Shown here: positions 28,038 through 38,857 of the stretch, one piece after another
How positions within the stretch are numbered: position 1 is the first letter of the stretch
Layout: every line of letters begins with the position of its first letter
Assembly: GCA_963665275.2 (NCBI GenBank)
Contig: CAXXIN010000014.1
Span: 128,001 to 192,000, forward strand
DNA: 64,000 nt
From: Negativicutes bacterium
GTDB taxonomy: Bacteria; Bacillota; Negativicutes; UBA1444
Reading direction: 5' to 3'
The notes under the pieces: generated by a model
What the model was told of the DNA's origin: nothing
The model's database searches: none
Seen by the model: only the letters and a program-made list of their open reading frames with translations
Program-made: the position numbers and the translations under genes

Positions 28038-28949
28038 ATGGAAAGGGTACTTGTTGTTGACGATTCTCTCGTTTTTCGCAAAGTGATCAAAGCAACGCTG
28101 GAAACTGCTGGCTACGAAGTTCTGACTGCTGAAAACGGTGGAAAAGCTATGCAGCTATTGCAGGAAGAGGGTTCGCCGGACATTATTCTGCTGGACAGGG
28201 TAATGCCCGATATGGATGGCGTCGAAGTTTGCAAATGGGCGAGGAATCATTTCTGCAATTTGTACGGAACCTCGTATAAATATTTTATCATCCTTACATC
28301 AAAAAATACCCAGGACGATGTTCTTGAAGGCTTTGGTATCGGGGCGGACGATTATGTGATAAAGCCGTTTTGCAATCAAGAGCTCCTTGCCAGACTGACA
28401 GTGGCATGCCGAGTGTTGAAAATGCAGCGCGAGCTTTTGAATGCCGCGATCAGGGACGCGCTTACCGGACTTTATAACAGGAGGTCCCTGTACGATTTGC
28501 TCGGGTTGGAGCTGTTGCGGGCCCGGAGGGAGCAGAGTAACGTTGCTGTCGCGCTGGTCGACGTAGACCGTTTTAAACAGATAAACGATACCTACGGGCA
28601 TGCCATTGGCGATGAAATGTTGATAATGCTTGCGGCAAAACTTCGCATGACCATGCGTGATTTTGATATTGTGGGGCGTTTAGGGGGCGAAGAGTTCGTT
28701 TTGGCATTTGGCTGCATGAGTGTCGGCGACGCTCTCGTTATTTGCGAACGCGTACGCCGGGGTGTGGCGGAAATATCAATAAATTGCGAGGAGACCGTAT
28801 TGAGCATGACTATAAGTATTGGTGTTGCCATCGCTATAGGGGAAACAGAGCCAGCTAAGGTAATCCGTTATGCCGACAAAGCGATGTATCAGGCCAAAGA
28901 GAACGGCAGAAACTGTGTGGTTGCTTATGAATATACCAAGGATGGATAA
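28038..28949 (+). CDS. REC-GGDEF diguanylate cyclase
   Basis: REC domain plus DALTGLYNR, DVDRFKQINDTYGH and RDFD...GRLGGEEF (RxxD I-site). Confidence 0.92.
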   Translation: MERVLVVDDSLVFRKVIKATLETAGYEVLTAENGGKAMQLLQEEGSPDIILLDRVMPDMDGVEVCKWARNHFCNLYGTSYKYFIILTSKNTQDDVLEGFGIGADDYVIKPFCNQELLARLTVACRVLKMQRELLNAAIRDALTGLYNRRSLYDLLGLELLRARREQSNVAVALVDVDRFKQINDTYGHAIGDEMLIMLAAKLRMTMRDFDIVGRLGGEEFVLAFGCMSVGDALVICERVRRGVAEISINCEETVLSMTISIGVAIAIGETEPAKVIRYADKAMYQAKENGRNCVVAYEYTKDG

Positions 28950-28975
28950 GCTAAAGGCGATAGTGGGCCTAATTA

Positions 28976-31279
28976 ATGAAAGGAAGTGTTGCATTGAATT
29001 CGAAAAGCATTCAATTCAAACTGGTCGGAGTAATATTGTTGGTAATCGCTGTGGCGATTACCGGGTTGGCAGGCTCCACTTATCTATCCACCAGGGAGGT
29101 TGTCGTATCCAATATCGACCAGCAACTGCGCAAAGATGCCAACGGACTGGCGGATGATATAACCCTGTGGTTAAACATGAAAAAAGGGGAAGTAGCGGCT
29201 ATTGCTGCGTCGCCTGTTCTGATGACGGGCGATAAAGCAGAAATATTGCGTTATATAACAGCGGAAGTCAAACGGCTTGATGACTATGAGCTGATTTTGG
29301 TGGGGGATGCAAAAGGAGATTATTACACAAGCAACAATCAAGCCGCCAATAATGCCGACCGCGAATACTTCAAAAGTGTGATGTCATCCGGCGAAAATTA
29401 TGTATCCGATCCGCTGAGCGCCCGCACTACCCGAAATAAAGTGGTCATCGTGGCCGCCCCGATAGTTCTGGAGGGGAAAGTGATCGGCGTAGTTGGAGGC
29501 TCGGTCAAGATTGAGAGTATCGAAAAAAAAATGCAGGCCGTCAAATTGGGCAAGACCGGTTATGCCTATTTAGTTCAGGCAAACGGCCTGTTAATTGCCC
29601 ATCCTGACCAGACATTGGCGATGAAAAAAAACTTATTGGATGACTCGGCCACGGATAATCGATTGAAAGCTACCCTGCAGGGAGCTGTCAAAGGGCAGGT
29701 CAGCGTAGGACGTTATCGCAGCGCCAATACCGACAAAGAACAATTTGTTGGAGCTGCCGCTGTTGCCGGTACCAACAACTGGGTTGTCGGCATGACTGTA
29801 CCGGTAGATGAAATATGGGAGCCAATTGATCGGCTTAATTGGATTTTCTGTCTTGCAACATTGATAATCCTTCTTATCACTGGCGCACTTACCCAGTGGT
29901 TTTTGTCCACTACAGTAATACGGCCGCTAGTGCAACTTGAAACGATGATCGAAAGCGTGGCCCAGGGCGATCTGACCGCCAGGGGGAAGGCCGTCGCGGA
30001 TGATGAGCTGGGCCGGCTTACGTTATCCTTTAACCAGACGTTGGATACTATTTGCGAGATGATAGGAAAGATTCATGAAGCCAACTGTGAGTTGAAACCC
30101 GCATCGATGCGGCTCCAGGAAATCGCCAGGATGGGTGCCGACAACAGCCTGACGATGAACAACCGAGCCTGTGTCGCCGAAAATGCCGTGCGGGAAATCC
30201 TAACGAGAATTGATGGCACCAACCATGCCACAGAGGAGACGGGGGGGAACATAACCAACATTGCCGCAGCTGTCCAGGAGATGGCGGCCACGACATCCAC
30301 GGTGGCCATGGTGGCTGAGGGTGTTTCGACAACAGTTAACAACGTACGCTTGGCGTTTGAAGGGATATCCGGCAATACCGACCGAGTGTCTCAAAATTCC
30401 GGCGATATGTCGAACTCAGTCGAGCAGGTGGTGAATTCGGTTCAGGACATTAATCGATCCATAGGCAACGTTAAGCTTAAGTGTGAACGGTCGGTGCAAA
30501 TAACGCTTGAGGCCAACGATTTTGCACAAGAGACATCACGGGTTATTTCCCAGCTCAGCGATTCTACCAAGAAGATCAACAAGATTGTCAGTATCATTAA
30601 TAATATCGCCAGTCAGACCAATATGTTGGCCCTTAACGCCGCGATCGAAGCCGCCAGCGCCGGAGAAGCCGGAAAAGGGTTTGCAGTGGTGGCGGGAGAG
30701 GTCAAGGAATTGGCCCAACGTACCGCCAGGGCCACTGATGAAATCGGACAACAACTGGAAGAGATGCAGAATAATATGAGTCGGGCTGTTGAATCAGTCG
30801 GGAAGATTACTCAGGTTATCGTTGAGATTACGGACATCACGGGAACCATAGGGAATGCCATCAATGAACAGTCGGCGACGCTCACTCAAATTACAGGCAA
30901 CTCGGTGGCCGCTGGCGAGAGGGTCAAATCCATCGCCGAAGAAATCATTACCGTCAATGCCAACTGCAAGAAGGCTTCCAAGGACGCTGCTGATGCTTCG
31001 CGTGGAGTTGCTGAAATTGCGCAGTCGATTACTGAACTATCGGACGTTACTACCTCGATAGCCAGAAACGTTGAATCTGTATCCTCCATGATGGCGTCTA
31101 TCGTTGAAGCCGGGCAGGAAATACTGACCCGATCAAATGAAATTTCAACTAGTACAGGGCAGGTGACGGAGATTTCCGAGAATACATCCGCACTAGCGGC
31201 CGATACCATGAAAGCCGCCGATGGGTTGGCTGAAACGGCGACTAAATTGGACACGTCGGTTAAGGTGTTCAAAGTTTAA
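28976..31279 (+). CDS. Methyl-accepting chemotaxis protein (dCache-HAMP-long MA domain)
   Basis: [37 protein letters not shown] signature and two TM helices. Confidence 0.93.
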   Translation: MKGSVALNSKSIQFKLVGVILLVIAVAITGLAGSTYLSTREVVVSNIDQQLRKDANGLADDITLWLNMKKGEVAAIAASPVLMTGDKAEILRYITAEVKRLDDYELILVGDAKGDYYTSNNQAANNADREYFKSVMSSGENYVSDPLSARTTRNKVVIVAAPIVLEGKVIGVVGGSVKIESIEKKMQAVKLGKTGYAYLVQANGLLIAHPDQTLAMKKNLLDDSATDNRLKATLQGAVKGQVSVGRYRSANTDKEQFVGAAAVAGTNNWVVGMTVPVDEIWEPIDRLNWIFCLATLIILLITGALTQWFLSTTVIRPLVQLETMIESVAQGDLTARGKAVADDELGRLTLSFNQTLDTICEMIGKIHEANCELKPASMRLQEIARMGADNSLTMNNRACVAENAVREILTRIDGTNHATEETGGNITNIAAAVQEMAATTSTVAMVAEGVSTTVNNVRLAFEGISGNTDRVSQNSGDMSNSVEQVVNSVQDINRSIGNVKLKCERSVQITLEANDFAQETSRVISQLSDSTKKINKIVSIINNIASQTNMLALNAAIEAASAGEAGKGFAVVAGEVKELAQRTARATDEIGQQLEEMQNNMSRAVESVGKITQVIVEITDITGTIGNAINEQSATLTQITGNSVAAGERVKSIAEEIITVNANCKKASKDAADASRGVAEIAQSITELSDVTTSIARNVESVSSMMASIVEAGQEILTRSNEISTSTGQVTEISENTSALAADTMKAADGLAETATKLDTSVKVFKV

Positions 31280-31311
31280 TGATGTTTTCCGGCAAAGTAT
31301 AACTCGGCAAT

Positions 31312-31409
31312 GGTCAAGTCCAAATTTGTGTGTAAAAACCCGGTAGGGATCTCTGGTTTTACATGAGCCTGATTAGCTTGCTGGTAGGCGCTCCAGCGAC
31401 CGCGCGCCA
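31312..31409 (-). mobile_element. Probable IS256-family end remnant
   Basis: ggtcaagtccaaatttgtgtgtaaaa resembles IS256-type IRs; the minus strand reads ...LERLPAS* toward it. Confidence 0.4.
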
Positions 31410-31565
31410 CAGCTACTTGGTGGGAGAAATAACGTCGCACATGGCGAATACATCAACGTTGATGAAAAGGAATTTTTTGCTTTATACAAAGAAATTACCC
31501 AAATTATGTATGAGATAAAAAATAACGTAAGCAATGCTGCAAGCCAAGGACAATACAAGAAGTAA
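31410..31565 (+). pseudogene. C-terminal fragment of a HEPN-domain nuclease
   Basis: QLLGGRNNVAHGEYINVDEKEFFALYKEITQIMYEIKNNVSNAASQGQYKK*, RxxxxH motif, no start codon. Confidence 0.6.
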
Positions 31566-31771
31566 GTGGTTAATGTTATTCAAATGAACGTTACAATAAT
31601 GAGGCTTCATCATGCTGGGTAATGTACTATAATGTGCTGATGTTCGTTCTACCTGGATTCGGTATACCTTTACAACCTGAGTTCCCGCTTACTCATAACG
31701 AGGTTTTCTCGAAAATCCAATAAAATCAGCTTATTGAGCGATTGTTCTACGAAAAATACATAGTTATGTGT

Positions 31772-32536
31772 TGGATGGGTTACCCTAAACTGGACAGAAA
31801 AGATACGGTCATGTAGCATAACACCATAATAAAGAAAAGTTTTCACCGAAGAATTCAAAATTGAATTGGTCCAGCTTTATAACAACGGTAAGCGTCGAGT
31901 GGATATTTTGCGTGAATATGACTTGACGGCAACGGCATTCGACATCTGGGTCAAACGAATTAACGCAACAGGTTCAGCCAAAGAAGCCAATAATCGGACT
32001 CCCCAGGAGCAGGAACTGCTCCAACTGCGCAAAAAAAACAAGCAACTCCGAATGGAAAATGATATTTTAAAGCAAGCGGCGCTGATACTCGGACAAAAAT
32101 AATTGTCATCCGGCAAAATAGTGACAAACATTCTGTATCAGCGATGTGTCGATGTTTGGAACTACCCAGAAGCACCTTCTACTATGAAGCGCAAGAGAAG
32201 AAATCTGAAAACTCTCTGCAGAAAACCATCGTAGAAATCTTCCGCGCTAACCGCGATGCCTATGGAATCCGGAAAATCAAAGATGCACTAAGCAAAACCG
32301 AGCTACAAGTGTCGCGCCGACGAATCCGTCGCATTATGCAGGAAAGGGGGATTGTTTCCAAGTATACAGGGGCTCAATTTAAAGTCCATAAACAAACTTG
32401 CAACGAAGACAAAATCGGCAATAAACTGAACCGCCAGTTTTATAATCAGGAACCCTACGCCGTTGTCATCAGTGATTTAACCTTCGTTCGCGTGAAAAAC
32501 AAATGGAATTACATCTGTTTGCTGGTGGATTTGTAG
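31772..32536 (+). pseudogene. Truncated IS3-family element (damaged orfA, 5' half of orfB)
   Basis: FTEEFKIELVQLY...MENDILKQAA, then YGIRKI...SDLTFVRV..WNYICLLVDL*; TG-start IR at 31772. Confidence 0.85.
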
Positions 32537-32561
32537 AACGCGCACAGGCTTTGCGTTCTGC

Positions 32562-32912
32562 AAGCTGCTGGACGCCGGGCTAAGGCCTGCGGGCGGCACC
32601 GACGTCACCGGCATCTATCTGGACAATATCAACCCGTTCCTGCACATCTACGCCGCGGTTACGCGCGAATCCGACAAGGGGATCTTCATGCCGGAAGAAG
32701 TGTTGACTGTGACGGAGGCGCTCAGCATGTGGACGATCTGGGCGGCGGAGTCCATGGGCGAAGCTGCGCTGAAAGGCTCCCTCGAGCCTGGCAAGTTCGC
32801 CGACATGACCGTGTTTTCCGGGGATATCTTCACGATTCCGAAGAAAAACATCAAGGATATCAAAACGGTGATGACGATTGTCGGCGGCAGGATCGTCTAT
32901 CAGGCCAAGTAA
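32562..32912 (+). pseudogene. 3' fragment of an amidohydrolase_3 (YtcJ-like) gene
   Basis: KLLDAGLRPAGGTD, NPFLHIYAAVTR, GSLEPGKFAD and TIVGGRIVY motifs; 5' part replaced by IS3 DNA. Confidence 0.8.
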
Positions 32913-32940
32913 AGTCAAATAGACAAGAGGAGTAACGGCG

Positions 32941-33867
32941 ATGAAACAAAGGGTTATATTTCCCATCCTGCTGGTATGCTGCCTCGTTTTGGGGCAACAT
33001 AGCGTTCAAGCGACGGAGGGGGGATCGAGTGATTACTTCCCCGGCACCTTTGCCACTTTCGGCGTCGCTTTGCCGCCGGAGCCCGGGTTCATGGCCGTCA
33101 ACCAGCTGCTGTATTACAACGGCAAAGCCGATAAGGCTGTGCTAAACGGCAGGGTCAATCTGGATATGAGTGCCAATGCCGTTTACAATTACATGGGTGG
33201 TTTCTATACCTACAAGGAGCCGGTGCTTGGCGGTCGGCTGCAGATCGGAGCGGTGGCACCGGTCGCATGGGTGAATACCGCGTACAGCATCGACACCTCT
33301 TTGGGTTCGCGAAGCAGCTCGGATGCCTCCAGTGGCGTTGGGGACTCCCTTGCACAGGCGGCCCTGTTTTGGAAGAAAGGCGATTTGCATTATAAACTGG
33401 TGCAGTCGGTCTTTGTCCCGACCGGCGTTTACAACGCCGCCAATTTAGCGAACCCCGGCATGAACCACTGGGCCTTCGATACCTCGCTGGCCATCACATG
33501 GATGAATAAGAGGGGTACGGAAATCTCCCTCGTGCCAGGCATCATGTTCAACACGATGAACAACGCCACCCAATATCAGTCGGGGAACGAGTTCCACCTG
33601 GATTTCGTGGTGAACCAGTTCCTTGCGAAAAATTTCGCTGTGGGCGTTCAAGGATACTACTACAGTCAGTTGAAGGGAGATAGCGGCAGCGGCGCCTTGC
33701 TCGGCAACTTCCAGGGGCAAGCGTTCGGAGTCGGACCGGCCGTTCTCTGGTTGCCTGAAGCCGGCAAGGGCAGACTGTCCGTGGTTGCCAAACTGATCAA
33801 GGACGTTTCGTATACGAACCGCATGCACGGGGATTATGGCCAGTTCACCGTGACCTATAAATTTTGA
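32941..33867 (+). CDS. SphA / phenol-MetA-degradation family outer-membrane beta-barrel
   Basis: Signal peptide, ATEGG..YFPG, PTG.Y, N.G.N.W and Y.SG.EFH.D motifs, terminal YKF. Confidence 0.8.
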   Translation: MKQRVIFPILLVCCLVLGQHSVQATEGGSSDYFPGTFATFGVALPPEPGFMAVNQLLYYNGKADKAVLNGRVNLDMSANAVYNYMGGFYTYKEPVLGGRLQIGAVAPVAWVNTAYSIDTSLGSRSSSDASSGVGDSLAQAALFWKKGDLHYKLVQSVFVPTGVYNAANLANPGMNHWAFDTSLAITWMNKRGTEISLVPGIMFNTMNNATQYQSGNEFHLDFVVNQFLAKNFAVGVQGYYYSQLKGDSGSGALLGNFQGQAFGVGPAVLWLPEAGKGRLSVVAKLIKDVSYTNRMHGDYGQFTVTYKF

Positions 33868-33907
33868 CTTAATGGCGAGGAATAATAATTTAAGGGAGTG
33901 TAAGACT

Positions 33908-35077
33908 ATGTTGAGAAAGACCATGTTAATAAAAGTGTTTGTTCTACTGCTGGTATGTGTGATGTTCATCGGCACTACTGCGGAGGCGTGCACCAGCATC
34001 CGCTTGATAACGACGGATGGTAAGGTGTTTTACGCCCGTACTATGGAGTTTTATCCCTCGGAAGGAGACCCGGCACATCCTGACTCGTTATCGGTCGTTC
34101 CGGCCGGAACAATGTTTTTCGGCGTACTGCCGGACGGGACGCAAAAAGGGCTGGTCTGGACGGCGAAATATGGTTTTGTAGGCATGAATTCCTCCGGCCG
34201 TCCGGTTGTGGCCGACGGCATGAATGAAAAGGGGCTGGTGGTCGGAGAGTTGGAATTTCCCGGGTACGCGGGATATCAGGAATATAAGGTCGAGTATGCG
34301 GATCGAACCCTCAGTCAGTATGAAGTGGCTACCTGGATATTGGGGAATTTCGCCAACATTCAGGAGGTACGGCAGGGCATTGAAAAAATCCGCGTTTCCA
34401 GTGCCAATAATATAAGATCAGGCAGTGTTGATCTCAATTTGAGTTTTCACTACGCGGTGCATGACAAGGACGGAGACAGCCTGGTGATCGAGTATGTCAA
34501 CGGCGAGCTGAAGCTGTACGACAATCCTCTCGGCGTGTTGACCAATGCCCCGACGTTTGACTGGATGCAGACCAATTTAAAAAACTACATAAACATCAAG
34601 GCCTTTAATGCCCCCGCCGTCAAGATCGCCGACGTGACCGCCTCCGGCTTCGGGCAGGGAACCGGCATGCTGGGGCTGCCGGGCGACTTTACCCCGCCGA
34701 GCCGTTTTGTACGGATGATGGCGCTGACGCAGTCGGCCTTGCCTGTGACAGGCAGCGCTGCCGGGCTGAATCTGGCGATGACCATCATCAACAATGTGGA
34801 CATTCCGGTCGGTGCCGTGCGCGACAACAGCAGTGGGAAGACGGCCTATGACCGGACTTTGTGGACGGTGGCGGCGGATTTGCAGCATCAGCGCTATTAT
34901 TTCCGCAACTATGACAACAATGACTGGCGCTATGTCGACGTGGCACAGGCGCTCTCAGGCGCGACCCAGGTGATGACCATCCCAGTGTTTACGGCGCCGG
35001 AGTACAAAAACATCACCAACACCCGGGTCAATTTCACCAATTATGATCCTGCGCTCTATAAATACCAGGACCGGTGA
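33908..35077 (+). CDS. Exported choloylglycine hydrolase / penicillin V acylase (Ntn hydrolase)
   Basis: Signal peptide ending AEA|CTS, ARTMEF, DGMNEKGL, LTNAP and LPGDFTPPSRF motifs. Confidence 0.88.
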   Translation: MLRKTMLIKVFVLLLVCVMFIGTTAEACTSIRLITTDGKVFYARTMEFYPSEGDPAHPDSLSVVPAGTMFFGVLPDGTQKGLVWTAKYGFVGMNSSGRPVVADGMNEKGLVVGELEFPGYAGYQEYKVEYADRTLSQYEVATWILGNFANIQEVRQGIEKIRVSSANNIRSGSVDLNLSFHYAVHDKDGDSLVIEYVNGELKLYDNPLGVLTNAPTFDWMQTNLKNYINIKAFNAPAVKIADVTASGFGQGTGMLGLPGDFTPPSRFVRMMALTQSALPVTGSAAGLNLAMTIINNVDIPVGAVRDNSSGKTAYDRTLWTVAADLQHQRYYFRNYDNNDWRYVDVAQALSGATQVMTIPVFTAPEYKNITNTRVNFTNYDPALYKYQDR

Positions 35078-35159
35078 TGGAGGCGACAACAGCCAGTTGA
35101 GCCGCAAATTGACTGGCAGGCGGGCCCTCCTGAGAGAAATCGACCGCGTTCTTCGGTAG

Positions 35160-35520
35160 CATGGCATATCCTGTACAAGGCCGGAGAAAAATTGTTTGTC
35201 GATGGGGCCAGCGATACCATGATCGTTATTGACTCCTCCACCGGCGAAATCATTCCTGCCTACCTTTTCGTTTGCGCCTTGGGCCGTAGTTGTTACCCCT
35301 ATGCGGAAGCCTTTCCGACCAAGGCAAATGAACACTGGATTGCGGCACACCGCGCTTTCGAGTATTATGGCGGCCTGCCTTTGATCCTGGTGCCGGACAA
35401 CGACAAAAGCGCCGTAACCCTGGCGGATCAATACGACCCCGAGATCAATAAGACGTACCTAAGATGGCGAAACACTATGATGTTGCCATAATCCCTGCCC
35501 GTGTCCGCAAGCCCAAAGAT
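35160..35520 (+). pseudogene. IS21-family transposase (IstA) internal fragment
   Basis: AGEKLFVD, LFVCALGRSCYPYAEA and VPDNDKSAV, then frameshifted PARVRKPKD. Confidence 0.8.
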
Positions 35521-35859
35521 TATTCCGACGTTTAACATATGCCGTAATCTTGATCTAGATCATTTCAAACAGCCTCCAATAAAGGTTTCATATGTAAAAA
35601 CTTCGGAATAATCCAATGGCCTTCTTCCTCCGTTGAGTGCGTTGCGACGATAGAGCGCCGATAGTATTGAAATATATGGGTTCGTGAGATCGGGGATAAT
35701 TTCATAATGGGCTTTATGTTCGCTTGGACTTCGGTTCAGGCGTTTTTTACGAACCCCGGAGGTCGAACCTTACAGGGTAATCTCCGTCAAACGCCTCAAT
35801 GAACTGTACAGTGTGAAGGCAGAGACTCGTCCCCGATAAAGCCAAGCCTCAGCAAGAGG

Positions 35860-36180
35860 TAGTGTCAGGATTTTTGCGCACATTTGTGGATGGGCTCCCG
35901 CGTAGGTCTCAAATCGCTTCGGATACGCCCTCGGCCTGATTCTCCTGGAGTAGCCCCATATTCAAGTATCGCTTCGTTCCCCAACTGGTTGTCGTAATAT
36001 GCCGGAGTCGGGCTCCTACTAACATCAAAGCTGCTTTCCCGTCGGGAAAACTTCCGACCACTCTGGTTCTGCGACGGATTTCTCGCATGATTCGCTCCAA
36101 TCCATTATTGGTCCGAATCTTAACCCAGTGTTCCCTGGGGAAATTCATGTAGGCAATAGTGTCTTCAATGCCTTTTTCAA
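35860..36180 (-). pseudogene. IS256-family transposase 3' fragment with terminal IR
   Basis: FPREHWVKIRTNNGLERIMREIRRRTRVVGSFPDG; end sequence gtagtgtcaggatttttgcgcaca. Confidence 0.85.
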
Positions 36181-36272
36181 TTCGGCTGGCTCAAACAGGT
36201 TTAAAAACCTATTTTGAGCCAGCCCCTTCGCGCTCAGAATTCCAGGCTGAATTTGCAGAACTACGCTCAGCG

Positions 36273-37319
36273 TTACAGCAGTTGCAGATAATGCTGCATG
36301 GCGAGTGAAACGAGCGCGACGGCCAGCCAGCAGGAAAATCCGAGCAGGATCGGTTTGAATCCGTTGGCGATCAGCTGACGCAAATGGGTATTCAGGCCGA
36401 TGGCGGTCATGGCCAGAATGATGCAAAATTTGCCGGCCGAGCCGAGCAACTTGCAGGTAGCCGGCGTCAGCCAACCGAGAGTGCTGATGATGGAAGCGGC
36501 CAGGAACCCGAGAATGAACCAGGGAAAAATTTTCGCGAGGTTGAATGCGTTGCCTGCCGCCGCATTTTGGCGGGATACGAAAATTGCCAGAACCAGAGTG
36601 ATGGGAACGATCATCAGCGTGCGGGTCAGTTTCACGATGGTGGCATAGTTGCCGGCGGCGTCGCTGAAGGAATAGCTGGCGGCGACGACGGAAGAGGTGT
36701 CGTTGATGGCTGTTCCTGCCCAGATGCCGAAGCCGATATCGCTCATCTCCAGCAGATGCCCGAAGAATGGGAAAATAAATACCGCGCAAATATTGAATAG
36801 AAATATCGTCGAGATGGAATACGCTACATCTTTGTCACTGGCGGAAATCACCGGTGCGGTGGCGGCGATAGCCGATCCGCCGCAAATGGAGGTGCCAACG
36901 CCGATCAGAATGCTGGTCTTTCCGGCCAGGTTCAGATAGCGACCGACCGCCCAGGCGGTGATGAATGCGGCGCTGAGAGTGAAGAGCATGATTGACAGCG
37001 ACTGGCTGCCGACGGCAAAAACCTGAAAGAGGTTCATTTCAAAGCCGAGCAGGATGATGGAGCCCTGCAGGATTTTTTTGGCGGTGAACTTGATTCCGGG
37101 CTCGACGGCAGACGGGCGGGGCCAGAAGGCCAGCAGCATGCCGAACAATATGCCAAAGACCGGTCCGCCCACCAGCGGAAGTTTATAACCTGCAAACCAG
37201 GCCGGAACGGCGATGGCTGCGACCAGCAGCAGGCCGGGCAGGAGGGCGATCGTGGGATGGGTCGGCGCATTCGTTTTTATCAATATACCATGTGCCTCTT
37301 TTCCTCTATTTTTTTGCAT
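36273..37319 (-). CDS. YeiH-family (UPF0324) putative sulfate exporter
   Basis: GTSICGGSAIAA, GTAINDTSSV and KLTRT motifs; the true start may be slightly downstream. Confidence 0.9.
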   Translation of the reverse strand: MQKNRGKEAHGILIKTNAPTHPTIALLPGLLLVAAIAVPAWFAGYKLPLVGGPVFGILFGMLLAFWPRPSAVEPGIKFTAKKILQGSIILLGFEMNLFQVFAVGSQSLSIMLFTLSAAFITAWAVGRYLNLAGKTSILIGVGTSICGGSAIAATAPVISASDKDVAYSISTIFLFNICAVFIFPFFGHLLEMSDIGFGIWAGTAINDTSSVVAASYSFSDAAGNYATIVKLTRTLMIVPITLVLAIFVSRQNAAAGNAFNLAKIFPWFILGFLAASIISTLGWLTPATCKLLGSAGKFCIILAMTAIGLNTHLRQLIANGFKPILLGFSCWLAVALVSLAMQHYLQLL

Positions 37320-37442
37320 GGGATCATTTTATCTCAATTATCCGCTTTCAGCAAAGCGGTTGTGAAAATATCGGGCAGGAAACTGGCCATTGTAGGTAGA
37401 ATTAATATTTTAGAATCAAGAAATAAACCGGGAGGGAACAAC

Positions 37443-37790
37443 GTGTTTGCACTCAATTTTCAATGGGCCCAGAATGAAGAATTGCTGATTGCACGTAAGA
37501 AGGATTGTACGGTTCATCTGGGTGACATCCGGGACTCTTACCCCGAAAATTCGGTCGTCTGGATTACCGTTGGTCCCAAATACGGCACCAAGCGCAAACT
37601 CTACAGCGCGATGATCGACACTGTGTACACCAAGGAATTCCATGCGCTGACCATGAACGATCTGCGCCATCAAAGTCCTGACATCAAAACGGTGGAAGAT
37701 TTGCGCGAATACTTTCAAAAAAAATATCAAAAACATATTCTGCCTGATGATATCGTTACAGTGATCTATTTTTCTGAAATCATCGAGTAA
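37443..37790 (+). CDS. ASCH/PUA-like putative RNA-binding protein
   Basis: KKDCTVHLG...LREYFQKKY...DIVTVIYF pattern; GTG start after GGAGGG. Confidence 0.6.
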   Translation: MFALNFQWAQNEELLIARKKDCTVHLGDIRDSYPENSVVWITVGPKYGTKRKLYSAMIDTVYTKEFHALTMNDLRHQSPDIKTVEDLREYFQKKYQKHILPDDIVTVIYFSEIIE

Positions 37791-37820
37791 TAAGCTGACC
37801 GATAAAATGGAGGCGAAAGC

Positions 37821-38168
37821 ATGATCAAAAAGGCGGACACTTTGCAGCCGGTAATGTTTCAAAACCGTTTCGGCGGCCAGGGCGAAGTAACGATGAAGCA
37901 TCTGCTGACAGGTGAAGAGTTCTGCGGCAAAGGCCGGCTTTTTTCCCACAACGTGATTTTTCCCGGCTCATCCATCGGTTTTCATCAACATCATGGCGAT
38001 TTTGAGACTTACTATATTCTAAAAGGCGAAGGCATAGCCGACGACAACGGCGTCAAGACTCCGGTCAAGGCTGGGGACGTCATTTATACGAAGGACGGGG
38101 AGAGTCATTCTATTGAAAATACTGGAACAGAAAACCTGGAAATAATCGCCCTGGTTTTGTTCGCTTAG
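37821..38168 (+). CDS. Cupin-domain protein
   Basis: IGFHQH..ETYYILKGEG and GESHSIENTG motifs. Confidence 0.88.
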   Translation: MIKKADTLQPVMFQNRFGGQGEVTMKHLLTGEEFCGKGRLFSHNVIFPGSSIGFHQHHGDFETYYILKGEGIADDNGVKTPVKAGDVIYTKDGESHSIENTGTENLEIIALVLFA

Positions 38169-38183
38169 AACTGGAGGAGTTTA

Positions 38184-38840
38184 ATGAACAGGAAAATTTG
38201 GATTCAGGTGACCGCGTTACTCGCGGCCATTGTATTGCTTTTTGCGCTCTGGGGTTGTGGCAGCAGTGTTCCGGCAACGCATTCGGATAAAGCCTCTTCC
38301 GCTTCGCCAAAAATGTCGCAAGCCAAGGCGGCGACAACGCCCATGCCGCCCGGAATCAAGAAACCAAATACTGTGGAGGCCGTCGGCACCATCGAAGTTG
38401 CCTTCAGTCCAAATGGCGGAGGAGCTGCGCTGGTTGTCAAAGCAATCGGTGAGGCAAAGAAAACGATCAAGGTTCAGGCTTACAGTTTCACTAACACAGA
38501 TATCGCCAAGGCGCTCGTCGATGCAGCAAAACGCGGCGTAACAGTGAGGGTCGTGCTGGACAAGAGCCAGGAAACCGAAAAATATACTTCGGCCACATTC
38601 CTGGCTAACGCAGGGGTGCCTGTCCGTATTGATGATGAGTTTGCCATTGCTCACAGCAAAATCATGATCCTGGATGATGAGAATATCGTCACTGGCAGTT
38701 TCAACTTCACGAAGGCGGCGGAAGAACGCAATGCCGAAAACGTGCTTGTGATCCGCGGCAACAAGGAACTGGCAAAACTCTATATGCGGAATTGGCAGTG
38801 GCGCTGGGATGCTTCCGAAGCCTACAAACGGAAAGAATAG
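38184..38840 (+). CDS. Phospholipase D-family (Nuc-like) nuclease lipoprotein
   Basis: Lipobox LWGC, VAFSP, QAYSFT, single HSKIMILD motif, TGSFNFT and NAEN. Confidence 0.88.
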   Translation: MNRKIWIQVTALLAAIVLLFALWGCGSSVPATHSDKASSASPKMSQAKAATTPMPPGIKKPNTVEAVGTIEVAFSPNGGGAALVVKAIGEAKKTIKVQAYSFTNTDIAKALVDAAKRGVTVRVVLDKSQETEKYTSATFLANAGVPVRIDDEFAIAHSKIMILDDENIVTGSFNFTKAAEERNAENVLVIRGNKELAKLYMRNWQWRWDASEAYKRKE

Positions 38841-38857
38841 GATGGAGCTTTAGACTG

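Noticed and set aside
35755-35775. tRNA T-loop-like GGTTCGAC on the minus strand
   Set aside because: No cloverleaf or acceptor stem could be built around it
38184-38840. PLD nuclease as an anti-phage defence gene
   Set aside because: It has a lipoprotein signal and housekeeping neighbours, with no helicase or methylase partner
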